NCBI RefSeq assembly: GCF_000315625.1
Contig: NW_005434673.1
Span: 458,270-522,269 of the forward strand
Length of the DNA stretch: 64,000 bases
Direction of reading: 5' to 3'
From: Guillardia theta CCMP2712
Taxonomy: Eukaryota; Protista; Cryptophyta
Made by a program: the position numbers and the translations under genes. How positions within the stretch are numbered: position 1 is the first letter of the stretch; every line of letters starts with the position of its first letter. Under the pieces are notes generated by a model. That model did no database searches, was not told the DNA's origin, and saw only the letters and a list, made by a program, of their open reading frames with translations. Of the stretch, positions 49,548-61,475 are shown piece by piece.

Positions 49548-51750
49548 GATGAAGGCAAAGTCTGTCCTGTACTTGGAAGCTTTCGCGGCTTGTGCTCTGC
49601 TCGCAGGAGCTGGCGGTGATACTGGGCCACTAGGACAAGGGGTACAGTGCCATCTGACCTTCCCCTCTGCTGCTCTGCTTGACTTGTGCGCCGTTCCGTT
49701 AGGGAGTTTACGAAAAGGATGGAACGTTCCTAACGGGAGTGACTGGAGCCATGTGGCCAAGGCCAAGAGCTGATGATTTCACCAGAGCAGGACTGGCAGG
49801 TAGTTGAGAAAGTGGAGCAGGTGCGATGAGTCATGGAGGGTCATCTGAAGCTCTTTCAAGGACTGAACTGGACGCGGCTGTCATGGTCGAATGTGGACTG
49901 CTGTCAAAAGATCAACAAAGTGAAGCAGTGGGAGGACGTCAGGACGGGAGTTCCGGACTGTTTCTGCAGAGACATCCTGATGCAGTCAGAGTACAAGACC
50001 TCCTCCTTCTGCATGCTGCAGCAGGTTACCTGCTGATTTTCATAATTCTCATCTATTACTGTCCTTCTCCCTTTCCCTCCCCTTTCCTTACACTCTCTTC
50101 TCTGTCTTTGTCAGGCGTGTGAGAACGCGCTACGAGACTTCAACAAAGTGTTCGGAGAAGGCTACATGGCGAATGGGCGGGCAATACATACCAAGCCTTC
50201 TGCATCTTTATCGCCTGACGTTTCCCAGGCTGACGAGTGGGACACGGAGTCTCCCTTGCGCTCATGCATGCACTCGTCCGGGGGTGAGGGCCTTGAGCTT
50301 CTCGTGGGTCGAGAGGAGACTGAGGGTCGTGTCGATAGGTCGCTGGAACGTCGAACCATGCGGGAAGAAGAGCAGCGGCACATCCTGGACGGTGCGTGCT
50401 GGAGCTGACAAGCTTCGACATCCTTGCAACCTGACGTCACTTTCCAGGACCCCTTCGGTCGTCAGACAACTCCTATCCAAGATTACATGCCATCCAAAGT
50501 CAGGACAAGCATGTCAAGCGTCGTTGTCTTGCTGCTCACCTGCTCTCTTGCAGACCTACGGCCAGGTGGTCGTCAAGGGGGACGTCAACGACGTTCACAG
50601 GTGGCACTGGGTGCCTGGTGATCTTCCGATTGTCAAGGTTTGCATTTGAGCGGAGGCTGGTAGCACCTCACTTGAATGCAGAGAGAGTGGCAAGGAAAGA
50701 TGGCGGGGGACTTTAAAGTTGAGGTCGTGGAGGGATGAGGGTGGTGAAGCAAACGGCCTGATGGAGTTGTGTAGCCCGGTATCCTTGCGGGTTCAAAGGT
50801 GTATCCAGGAGGTGATCATCCAGCTTGTTGCATGTGAGTGAGATCCTGCGCAATGAGTGCGGCGTATTGAACGATGACATTGGAAATTGCTTTTGCAGGA
50901 AGGAAAACGGAGCTATCTCCGACTGTTGCAAGTAGTCGAAAGGTTCGGAGTGACTGAGATGGCTGAAATGCTTTTTTGCTCCCTAGAAACTCCAAGAGGA
51001 TGCAATGGAATTCTCCAGAGAATGCGGTATCATGACGGCAAGTCAACAATCTTCTGCGCTCTTGACGTTTGTCGTTTGACAGGTGCAAGCAGACTGCATG
51101 TTTGCTGTCAAGGTGCTGGAGGAGTGTGTGCCGAGAGATGTTGCAATGAGTTGAGAGACCAGAGAGCTATTTGCGCTTACCACTTCTGGGAGTGCGATGC
51201 TTCCTACCCTGGTGTGTTCTTTCGTTCACCTCCTTATCCTCTTTGCATCAATCCTTTTATCCCTCTCTGCCTCCTGGCTCCCTGCTCTTGCAGCAGCCAC
51301 CTGACAATTTCTGATTTCATGTCCTAGACGCCATCTACAACTCTGTGTGCCAAGATACATGCACAGACATCGGGGTGATGACTCAAAGTTGCCAGAAACA
51401 TTCGTAATAGGTTGAACAACAGAAGCTTTGCGGTGTTGTGCCGTCCACGGGCAGAGCTCTGCAGCTGAACTCTTTCACGTTTCACTCTTTCCCTTCATCC
51501 TTTCAAGTGACCATTGCCATAACAGGATCGGCAATTTTTATTTTCGTGGGTGCAGCTCGAACACAAGGCAGTACGTGAAGGTAAATCGTGTGTGGATTAC
51601 AATGATGAAATGAATCTAATATTTGCACAGGATTGCACAAGTCAAGGCCTGAATTTGAAAGGATCGTTTAATTGGTATCTATTTCTCGCTTTCACCCCCC
51701 TCATATTGCTGTACAACGTCGAAAGAATAAGTTTACCAGCATGGATATAG
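49548..51750 (+). CDS. Cys-rich secreted protein with C-terminal hydrophobic anchor (multi-exon)
   Basis: Signal MKAKSVLYLEAFAACALLAGAGG; CAERCCNELRDQRAICAYHFWECDASYP/NSVCQDTC; tail NWYLFLAFTPLILLY. Confidence 0.6.
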
Positions 51751-51976
51751 TACATGTCTGAACACGCAGAGCAAGAATAATAAAGAAGAATAACAATCCG
51801 CTGCTTCCATCACTTCTTCCTGTTGCGGACAGCAGCCACAAACGCCTGTTCTTATGAGTCAAGAAGCTTGGAGAACAACAGAAGGTGCTTCATCGAACCT
51901 TGATTTGGCCCTCGCACTCCTCAGACTTTGCAGTCTTCATGAACTTTGGGATGAAGTCGAAACTCTGAAACTCGTG

Positions 51977-53036
51977 TCAAGTTCTCACAACCCTTCGTGG
52001 CAACAGCACCTTGTCATCCAGTCCCATGTCCTTGAAGGTGTAGATCAGTGCGCCGACAGCTATGTCGCTCGGTCGCAAGAAGATTGCCTCATGGCAGCAC
52101 AGTGCGATCTTGATGTTGGCTTCAATGTATGTCTGAAACTTGTTCCTGAGGAACCTCGAGGCAAGATCCAGCAGTTTGTAGAGTACATCAGAAGCTGATG
52201 AAAGAGAGGTTGTCAGAAGTCCATAAACTTGCTAGATAGATGCATCTACCTGTTAGAAAGTCTAGATGGTGGTCGAGAACCTCCCAAACAAAGAGCTCTG
52301 CTGATCGCAAAGATGTAATGGAGCATCCCTCCCCAACCAGACTCGTCACGTCGGCAAGCCTGGGCGACAAAACCTCCACGAACTTGCAGGACATCTGGAA
52401 GCATGCAAGAGGTACTTCAACACAGAAATGCTTGGGAAACCCCTCAAATTGCCCGCTTTCGCCGGACTGATAGAACCTCGTGTCGCCCACCACGATGTTC
52501 TCCAACACTTTCGACATGAACTTGTCGAAGATGGTTATCGCTCGGATAGAAGTCGCCGTGGACACGGAAAATCTCCTGCTTGCCATCACAACCAGCGATA
52601 CTGCCGCGTCACGTGTCTTCTTGTAACTGATGAGGAACCTTTGCTGTGCATCCCGGCTGAGCGCATGCATCAGCATGTCTGCTTTATCAACACCCCAGTC
52701 CGGAGACAGCATAAGCTTCAGTTCTCTCACCCGGGGATCGATGCTTACTTTCTTCACCGGGCGTCGAGGGGTTCGTGCTCTGGCACTCCCATACGATATG
52801 GAGTTCAGGACTTCCTTGACAGCACGATCGGGCAAGGCACACGTGTTGGGGAGCTGACGCTCTTTGCGCAAGCATGACTCCTTCGGGGTTTCGTTGAGAG
52901 AGGAGGCCTCCACCATGATGTTGAGATCAAATGACCTTGCCTTTTTCAGAGGGGGCATCAGATCTTCATCGTCAGCGGCGCTTGAAACCTCGAGAGGCCT
53001 GCAGGCCTGCTGGTCTTCGTGCAAACCGAGGATCAT
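51977..53036 (-). CDS. Cyclin-like protein (cyclin N and C boxes)
   Basis: RDAAVSLV...TSIRAITIFDKFM...LACFQMSCKFVE...LRSAELFVWEVLDHHL; second exon FLRPSDIAVGAL. Confidence 0.85.
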
Positions 53037-55491
53037 TCGGAAGTCCTCAATGCTCTGGAGGAGTCCGACTTCTTCAAGATTGAGGCTCTAGAATCTTTCT
53101 CCTTTACCTGCCAACAGTATGCTAGCAGTTGGATGGTGCCAGTGACTGATCCGTCGACAGTCGAACAATGCCTCGAAGTTCGATTCGGTCCCCTTTTCCC
53201 TAGACCTCGTTGCAGCTGGTCTCTCAAGCCCCTCCTTCCTGACAGAGACAGAACTTCACGCAGAAGCACGGCAATCTTTCCTCCTTGAAGCTCTCTCCCT
53301 TCAATCCGATCTCGCACTTGCTCCTGCTTCTTCCTCTCACACTCTCGCTCGCTCGCTCGCTCGCTCTCCTTCCCCCTTCCCTTCCTAGGACCTCTATAAT
53401 TCCACTGGTGTACCCCCTTTTCTTATCGAAACTACTGTACCCCCATCTACAACCATTGGTTTACCACCCACCTCCTTCACATGGTACCCCTCATTCCGAG
53501 GACGTATACACGGGACGTATCTCACATTTGGGTATGACCCACCCCTATTTTACGACACTCAATTTCTGTACCTCCTTCACTACCAGCCCCTTTCACTTTC
53601 TTGCAGTGGTGTTTGCATCAGTGTGGTTGGTACCCACCCACCGTATGAAGATTATCCAGTTTTTCCCATATATTGTACCCACCCCCCCTTCATTGTAAAC
53701 TTGCGAAACGTACCCACCTATTGGTCTGATGGACCCTGAAATTAACATCTTACTACCCTATCCAAGTACAAATGATGATATCACCCTACCCACTATATTT
53801 GCGACTCATGCCAAATCACGGGTCTTCTTTTCGTGCAGTGGGGTAGGGTAGTACCAACACCAAGGATTCCCCTCAAAAAAAGAAGTTGCTTCCCCCTACC
53901 CCACCCACCAACTCTGCACCCAAGCCTTTCTCTTTGTAGCACCACCCACCTTCAACTTTGGAATTCACCACCCTCACCTACATTTTAGTCTAAATTTGTG
54001 TACGTAAACCACCGGTACTATGCTATAGATGCCATCATCGGAAAAGTCTTATCTGTACAATCCCTACCTACCCCACCTGGGACCATTGAGATCCGACCTT
54101 CTATTTTTTACCATCGCTAGTTGACTCCAACCAAACTAAACTTTTTCGCATAAGAACCCCACTTTGGTAGTGGCAAACCAATTTTGCGGTACAATCTGGT
54201 GCTCCAGATTCAGCCCACCTGCAATCTCAAGGAAGATCACGCCAAATGCAAGGAAAATCGACTCCCCCTTTTCAAGGAGCACACCACCCCTTCAATCCTC
54301 TCCATGAAGGGGGTGGGGGGTACCCGGTTGTTCCCTACACTGGCAAAAGTAAACCTCCGAAAAAAAGTGCCCTGCTACGTCTTGATATTCGGATGATTCG
54401 CAACAATTCACCAGGCTTCCCACATGACTAATAATATTACTCAGCACGTCCCGCCACTGTCGGAACTGAGTCGGAAACTGAGCCGGGCCCGGCCGGTGCC
54501 GGGCAGTGTTTCTTCCAACTTGTCAGTTCAGAGCCGGGCGGCCTACCGTACCGGGTACGGTCGGGGGCCCATCAGTGATCCGACCGCCGCGGCGGCCGGC
54601 TAAAAAGATGCCTCGGACTCTCTTTCCGATTCAGCCACTGTGACTTCCGACCGGCGTCTTTACTCAAAGTTAAGTTAAAAAGCAGAACGAGGACAATCAG
54701 GAGAGACGAGGAGGCTTGACCCTGACCGTGACAGGCTGTCGCACAGGCCAAACCGTCGAGAAGAGAAAAGACAGCGAGAACCAAACCTATTCCTGCCGAC
54801 TGCTGGACTTCGGCACTCTTTTCGGAAGTTCAAGTTAATTCTCACTCGGAGTCAGTCCGACTCAGTCACAAGCCTTCAAGCCTTCCGAGGGCGGAGGTGT
54901 CCGATCGATCCCGGGCTCCGGGAACTGGCCGCCGCAGTATTCCGGCGGGCCGCGCCCGCCGCCGAAGCCAACGGTTTCAATCAAGCCGGGCCGGCCGGGC
55001 CGCGCCGAAGCTTCAATCATTTTGAATCATGCAAGCCGCTGACTCAGTGAGTCACTGCGGTGGGCGGCCGCCGCCCGGCGCTACCGCCTAGTACAGTGTA
55101 CTGAGTCGGAGCCTAGTACTGTCACGGTCGCACCGTCCGTTCAAGTTGGCGTGACCGTCGGCGTGACCGCCCGTGATCCTGTTCAGATGGGATCGGATCT
55201 CAAGTGTAAACTGTCAACTTCAAAACTTGACGCCTACGGGTCTCTTTCTCACTAAAATCACCATCTTTCACAGGGTGGGTGGGGGCGAGTTGTACGAAGG
55301 CGAGGAGCTCCCGAAAACAGCACAAGGGATACGGTTGGCAGAGCACTGCTTGCAATCGCACAGTTAGTCACGAGTCAGCTACAGACTACTTACATCCACT
55401 GAGACGGCGACAAGAACGATAAACAAAGAGATCAACAAAGTCGGATCAACCAAGATCAGTCAGAGGCGTCTCTCTGTGATTGCAATTGCTG

Positions 55492-56703
55492 ATGCAATGG
55501 ATGAGGAGCAAGGCGATTGTGAACATACGACCATGCTCAAGGCTCTCCCCTCCCTCCTCCTCCTCCTCCGAGCAGTACCCCGAACAAGCAGCTCCTTACG
55601 CTCTGGAGGGCTCGACCCTCTCGCAGAGTCCCACCGACCCTCGTTCAAGTCAAATCAGCTCTGGCAGGCGTTCCTCCCTCAATGAGGACTGCCCCATCCT
55701 CCTCGAGCTCGCCACACATCACGACGTCCTCAAGGAATCTGACCTGGCAAGGTGCGACTCGTTCGTTCTTCATCACTCGTCTGTGACCATCGGGGAGCTG
55801 CTCGGGCAAGGGTCTTTCGGAGAGGTCAGACGAGGCGTATGCAAGGGCAGGCCAGTGGCCGTCAAGACCCTGAGTCCCAAGCTCGACGTGCGGTCGAGGG
55901 AAGGGAAGGAGCTGCTCAAGGAGATCGAGATGTTGAGCCATGGCTTCAAGCACTGCAACGTGGTGGAGTTCTACGGCATCTACGAGCACGGCGGGCTGCC
56001 ATGGCTGGTGATGGAGCTGATGCCAGGAGGGAACCTCGAGCAATTCTACGAGACCAAGAAGCAGGCGCGACGGAGCCGGCAGTGGCGACCAAGGACCAGC
56101 AGGGCAGTGTCGTGGATAGGGGACATCCTGAGCGCCTTGACGTACCTGCACTCGCAGACGCCTCCTGTGCTCCACCGCGACATCAAGCCAGGCAACATGC
56201 TGCTCTCTGCTGGAGGTCGCTCCATCAAGATCGGAGACTTCGGGCTCAGCCGCCGGTGCCCTCACTCCTCCTTGGCAGAGCCCACGACGACTGTGACGTC
56301 AGGGCAGCAGATTCAGCACGCTGCTGGGAGCGAGCCTGGCTACAACCTCACGGGGACGACTGGGACGTTCCGGTACATGGCACCGGAGATCTATCGAGGA
56401 GAAGCCGACTACACGGCGGCAGTTGACGTGTACTCGTTCGGTCTGTTGATGTGGTTCATCTTTGCCGGAGGTCATCCCTTCAGCAACATGGACGGGCAGA
56501 CAGTCGCCCAGCTGGCAGCGACGTACGGCTACTTCCGGCCGCTCGAGCTGAAGAAGAGCATGATGCCCAGAAAGCTCGGGGATATGATGAAGCGATCATG
56601 GGCCATGAAGGCAGAGGAGAGGCCAAGGGCGGAGGAGCTTCTTCGTGAGCTGGAAGTGTGGAGGATGGAGCGCGGAGGGTGCGGAGGATGGTTGATGGTC
56701 TAA
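55492..56703 (+). CDS. Protein kinase (TKL-like), intronless
   Basis: LGQGSFGEV, VAVK, HRDIKPGN, DFG, GTFRYMAPE, DVYSFG, RP. Confidence 0.95.
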   Translation: MQWMRSKAIVNIRPCSRLSPPSSSSSEQYPEQAAPYALEGSTLSQSPTDPRSSQISSGRRSSLNEDCPILLELATHHDVLKESDLARCDSFVLHHSSVTIGELLGQGSFGEVRRGVCKGRPVAVKTLSPKLDVRSREGKELLKEIEMLSHGFKHCNVVEFYGIYEHGGLPWLVMELMPGGNLEQFYETKKQARRSRQWRPRTSRAVSWIGDILSALTYLHSQTPPVLHRDIKPGNMLLSAGGRSIKIGDFGLSRRCPHSSLAEPTTTVTSGQQIQHAAGSEPGYNLTGTTGTFRYMAPEIYRGEADYTAAVDVYSFGLLMWFIFAGGHPFSNMDGQTVAQLAATYGYFRPLELKKSMMPRKLGDMMKRSWAMKAEERPRAEELLRELEVWRMERGGCGGWLMV

Positions 56704-57021
56704 GGGAAGGGCCGAGCTTAGGTTAAAAGCATGGCAAGCTCGGGCATGCGATTGGTGTAGTGAGGGTTTCAAGTCGATTGGCTGCGGGTGTGATATCTAC
56801 GGTATAAAAATGACGAGTAATCGTTGAAGCCGGTCATCTTGCTGCCACGGTGGCACTGGAATGCTACAGTGGGCTGCTCGGTATGCGACCTCCCGCTGAG
56901 TCCCGGGCTCGACAACGGACTGAGGGCCTGAGAGCCCTACGGTGTTCACTTGATTCATAGATGAGTTCACCGGTCTGAGTGACTGACAAGGTACCGGTAC
57001 TAGCCAGCACTGGCTGGCCCG

Positions 57022-59885
57022 TTAGTCATACCCGGCGGCAACCCCGCTGAGGAGCAGGACGATGCCAACTAGCCCCACATGGAAGAGGAGGAAAGATGAG
57101 GAGAGAATTGACCCTGATGTGGAGGCGGCGCAGCTGGGGAGCAGCTGAGCTGAAGGCCTCCTGCCTACCTGCATCCCCTTGGGCCCCACGATGACGAGCG
57201 CGTACGACTGACCCTGAGGAGCAGGGACGCGATGGGCAGAGACACGCACCGAGATTCCGTGCTGGGGGCTGAGGCCGAGGAGCCCTGCAAACTTCGCCTC
57301 CACCACCACCCGCTCCACGTTGTTCACCTCGTCCCTCCGAGGGTCAGGGTGCGCTCCCCCGAGAGGGTCGTTGGTGCGGAACTGGCCATAGGAGGGGAGG
57401 GTGTGCGCGCCGTGGGGATCGATGACGGTGACGTTGAGATCAAGGTCGTTGACCAGCGCCCGCTGGCTGGACGGAGAGGCAGGAAAGTCGGTCCACACGA
57501 GGACGATGACGTAGTCTCTGCTCCATCCCCCAGACACTGTCAACTCCTCCACGTCCCCCGTCCTCAGCCTCGTCTCTTCGTCCTGCACGAAGAGCTCGAA
57601 GGTCCCGTCAAGGGGGAGAACGTTGCGCAGGACCGGCCTCCCGAAGCCGCTCGCCTCGTTGGGCGTCTTGTACATCTTGTACCGGGTGCTCTGGAACGAG
57701 TAGAAGCCCGAGGGAGTCACGCAGCTGGCCAGCAGCATCGCCTTGACCAGAGCTCCTGACGGAGCCTTTCCACCAGCCCCAGCCCCAGCCCCAGCCCCAG
57801 CCCCAGCTCTTGTTCCTTGCTCTGACGACATTCTTCTCTTGAGGTACTGCCTAATGAGCATTGCTGATGCCGCAACGCCAGGAGCTGCGGAGGAGGAGCC
57901 AGTCAGGGAGGTGAGAGCAGCTGAATATTGAGTTCCAGAAGGAAGCGAGCAGAAGGGACCGGAGGAGGGGAGAGATTCTCCCGCTGCTCGCGCACTCACT
58001 ACGTGGCTTCCCACTGCCACCATGTCAGGCTTGATCCTCCCGTCCATGGTGAAGCCCCTGCTCGAGCCAGCAGCGACGTTGTCAGGGGACATGCCTGGCC
58101 CGGAGAAGGAGGAGAAGCAGCAGTCCTCCCTCCCCTCCCCACAGCACTGAGACAGAGAGCACTTGCTCTCAAAGGAGGACAGGCAACACCTCGAGCTCCC
58201 AAATAGCCCGCAGCCAGCGGCGACAAAGGGGTCGGTGTAGGCGTAGGAGGCGACTGACGCGTTGACGCACGTCTCTGTGAAGCCGATGGCGATGGCGTTC
58301 TTCGAGGTAGCGGGGGCCCCGACTGTCTGCTTCGAAGCTCGTTCCCCGTCGTTTCCTGCAGCCACGATAACAAGTGCGTCACGGTTCTCCCAGGTGAAGA
58401 GGTCGATGTCCTGAGACTGCGAGGTGTACCGGTTGCACGCAGTCGCCTCCTCCGTCGCTCTTACCACGCAGCCCCACGCCAGCAGCATCACGCGGGCACC
58501 CGACTGATTGTACGGGTCCGGGAAGAGATGTTTGTGAAGGTCCAGAGGAGGGGAGAGCTCTCCCTTTCCCACCATGATGTCGGTGAAGGCAATCTTCGCC
58601 TCCCTCGCCAACGCGTTGTAAAGAGACGCAAACTTCACGTCCTCCGCACTACACATGAAGCCAGCATCCGATGGACACGCTGCTGATCCTGCGACAGCTC
58701 CCGACACGTACGTGCCGTGACCCCTCTCAGCATCTCCTGCATCTCCGCAAGGCCTCTGCTCCTTGGCATCCTTGGCGCAGGCACCACAGATGGAGCAGTT
58801 TGAGTAGGAGAAGTAGCTCACAATCTTTCTCTTCCTGGAGTCGAACGTGTTGAGAGGCAAGGGCAGCTCGTCCCAGAACATGCAGTTGCGATGGTCTATG
58901 CCGGAGTCTGCTATGGAGACAACCTCCCCTTCCCCATTCAGAGCTCGCACGAACAGATCGTCTTCCCTTCCTCCGCACGTTGGGTCCCCCGAGGAGAGCA
59001 AGGAGGAAACAAAGTTCCCCATTGCAACAAGCTTCGGCCTGGTCTCTACCCACTCGATCACATTCTGTCGAGCAAGAAGTCGTGAGACAGCTCCCATGCA
59101 GACCTCACATGACTGGCATGAGACGTGAAGCTTCCTCTCTGACACCATCTCCGCTTCAATCTCGACACCATGATCTTCAGCAACACCAGCCCTCCATCTA
59201 CTGATCTGCAGGCGGTAAAATCCCTTGACAAGGTCCCTTTGGTCGTGTATGTAGCTCGGGAACAGCTCTCGCCAGTCAGCCAGCAAAGCAAGGACTGAGC
59301 AGGGTGAGTCCGCCTGCGGTCCGCTCGTCGCTCTTGTCCAGGGAGAGGGCAGAATGTCGAGAGACATCTGTGAACACAAGCATACTCCGTCACTGACAGC
59401 AGCTGCAACTTGCACATCTGCAACTTGCTTCCTACCTTGTCAGTTTCATGCTGCATCCGTATGCCTTGCACGAACCCCCTTCTTCTCAACACCTCGATCT
59501 CCCTCTCGTCAGCAAAGACCTGATCCATTCCAAGCACATGTTACAACCTTCGTCTGCGCTCTCAATGACAACTCTTACCATGTACGTGTCATCGTGTAGG
59601 TACTTTGGGTGTCTTCCTCCTACGCAGTCCTCCACATCCTGAGTTGGAAAAGTCATCACAAGAGGGAAAGTTCTGCGAGTAGAGGGTCACCTTTCGTTGC
59701 GATGGAGTGAGAGACTCATTCACTTGAACAAGATACCTCCGTGCTGAAGCACTCACACACAACAATCGCTCTAAACTTTCACGCCCTGCATGGCGGCAAC
59801 CCGACACATCATGGTGGCTGTCTGGCTTTCCCGGAGACCAGCAGACCAGCACGAGGCATGCCTGCAGAAATCGCGTGCACCTCAT
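57022..59885 (-). CDS. Subtilisin-like S8 protease (KP-43/TagC-like) with signal peptide and C-terminal hydrophobic anchor
   Basis: IADSGID (Asp), GHGTYVSG (His), AAGNDG (oxyanion Asn), DGRIKPDMVAVG, LTGSSSAAP (Ser), LVWTD...LVNDLDL...NNVE. Confidence 0.92.
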
Positions 59886-60380
59886 CGCTATGGATCACCA
59901 GTTGCACTTTCTCTCAAACCCAATATTCAACACAACTCGTGAATCCAACTCTTTCCTCCAATGTGGTCGGCCTGAATCCCCAAGGTGCTGCATGCTCCGT
60001 CATCCCACACTTTCCTTTAGCTATCAATCGTGTCTTCTCTGTGTCCGCCCACCAGTTCTTCCCTCCCTCCCTCCCTCCCTCCCTCCCTCCCTCCCTCCCT
60101 ATCGGAGCGATTCCTTTTACAAGACAAATGCAAACAAAACAAAGAAAGAATAAAAAAACAGACATATAAGCCTACACTACCCCATGTTTTCCACTCAATA
60201 CACCCCCCTAGTCCTAATCCCTCTGGAGGATCTGCAGTACCCGTCGGAGGCCTGTTTCCATACCCCCCTGTAATACAAAGTACCCACCCTTTTATCGCTA
60301 ATTCCAGTTGACAACATGGGGTTGTCCGAGACTTTGCAATTACCCCCACCCCCACCGCAGGATCCAAAATCCTGGCGAAC

Positions 60381-61391
60381 ATGCTGCGACCGGCCTTGAT
60401 CGCGTGCATGATGGCGTCGGCGTCGGCCTTCAGCTCGTCGCCCTTCCTCCGCTTCTCCTCCCTCTCGACCTCTTCCTCTGTCTCTGTCAGGCCGAGGACG
60501 TCACCCGCCCAGGTGCGCATGATGGCCTTGTCGGGGACCGACCTGGCGAAGCAGCTTGCAGGGTACAAGTCAGTTGACGACCACGTCACCAGCGGGATGG
60601 TGGTGGGCCTCGGCACGGGTTCGACTGCTTACTTCGCTGTTGAGAGAGTCGGGCAGAAGTTGGCGAGCGGGGAGCTCAAGGACATCATCTGCATCCCTAC
60701 CAGCGAGAGGACAAGGGAGCAGGCAGAGAGCCTCAAGATCCCCCTCTGCACCCTCAACGAGAAGTCCGTCCTCGACGTCGCCATCGACGGCGCTGACGCT
60801 GTCGACCCCAACCTCGCTCTTGTCAAGGGAGGAGGAGGAGCGCTCCTCCGCGAGAAGATGGTGGAGGTCATGGCCAAGAAGTTCGTCTGCATTGTCGACG
60901 ACTCCAAGCTCTGCAAGGGCCTTGGCCCCTCCTTTGCCCTCCCGGTTGAGATCACTCCCTTCTGCCACATGCACACCTTGAGGACTATCGCCGCCCTCCC
61001 AGAGGTTGCTGGCTGCAAGGCCGAGCTCCGCCTGGGAAATGTCGCCACCGGCGCCAAGAAGGACGGGGACAAGCCAGCTGTGACAGACAACGGCAACTAC
61101 ATCGTCGACCTCTTCTTCGAGACTCCCATCAAGGACGTTCGCGCGGCTGCCAAGGCGCTCAAGAACACAGTCGGAGTCGTCGATCACGGACTGTTCGTCG
61201 ACATGACCTACCAGGTGAGTCTTTTGAGGGAGGTCCATCGTTTCCCCTCCTGACCTCACCCCCCCTGCAGGTCATCGTAGCTGGCAAGGACGGCAGCTGC
61301 AGGTGATCTTGCCTTGCCCTTGCGCTCCAAGAGTTTGCTGACGTGGGTGCTCAGGGTCGCTGGACAGGGAGGAGACAAGCCCTGGTGGTGA
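60381..61391 (+). CDS. rpiA: Plastid ribose-5-phosphate isomerase A
   Basis: GLGTGST, DGADAVD, KGGGGALLREK, TDNGNYIVD, GVVDHGLF; presequence MLRPALIACMMASASAF; two short 3' introns. Confidence 0.96.
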
Positions 61392-61475
61392 AGGGCGGGG
61401 GTTCCTTAAGGATCAGCTGAGAAGGATTCTGACGTACACAGATCTGATTGAATGAAACATAGCTCCAACACCCGC

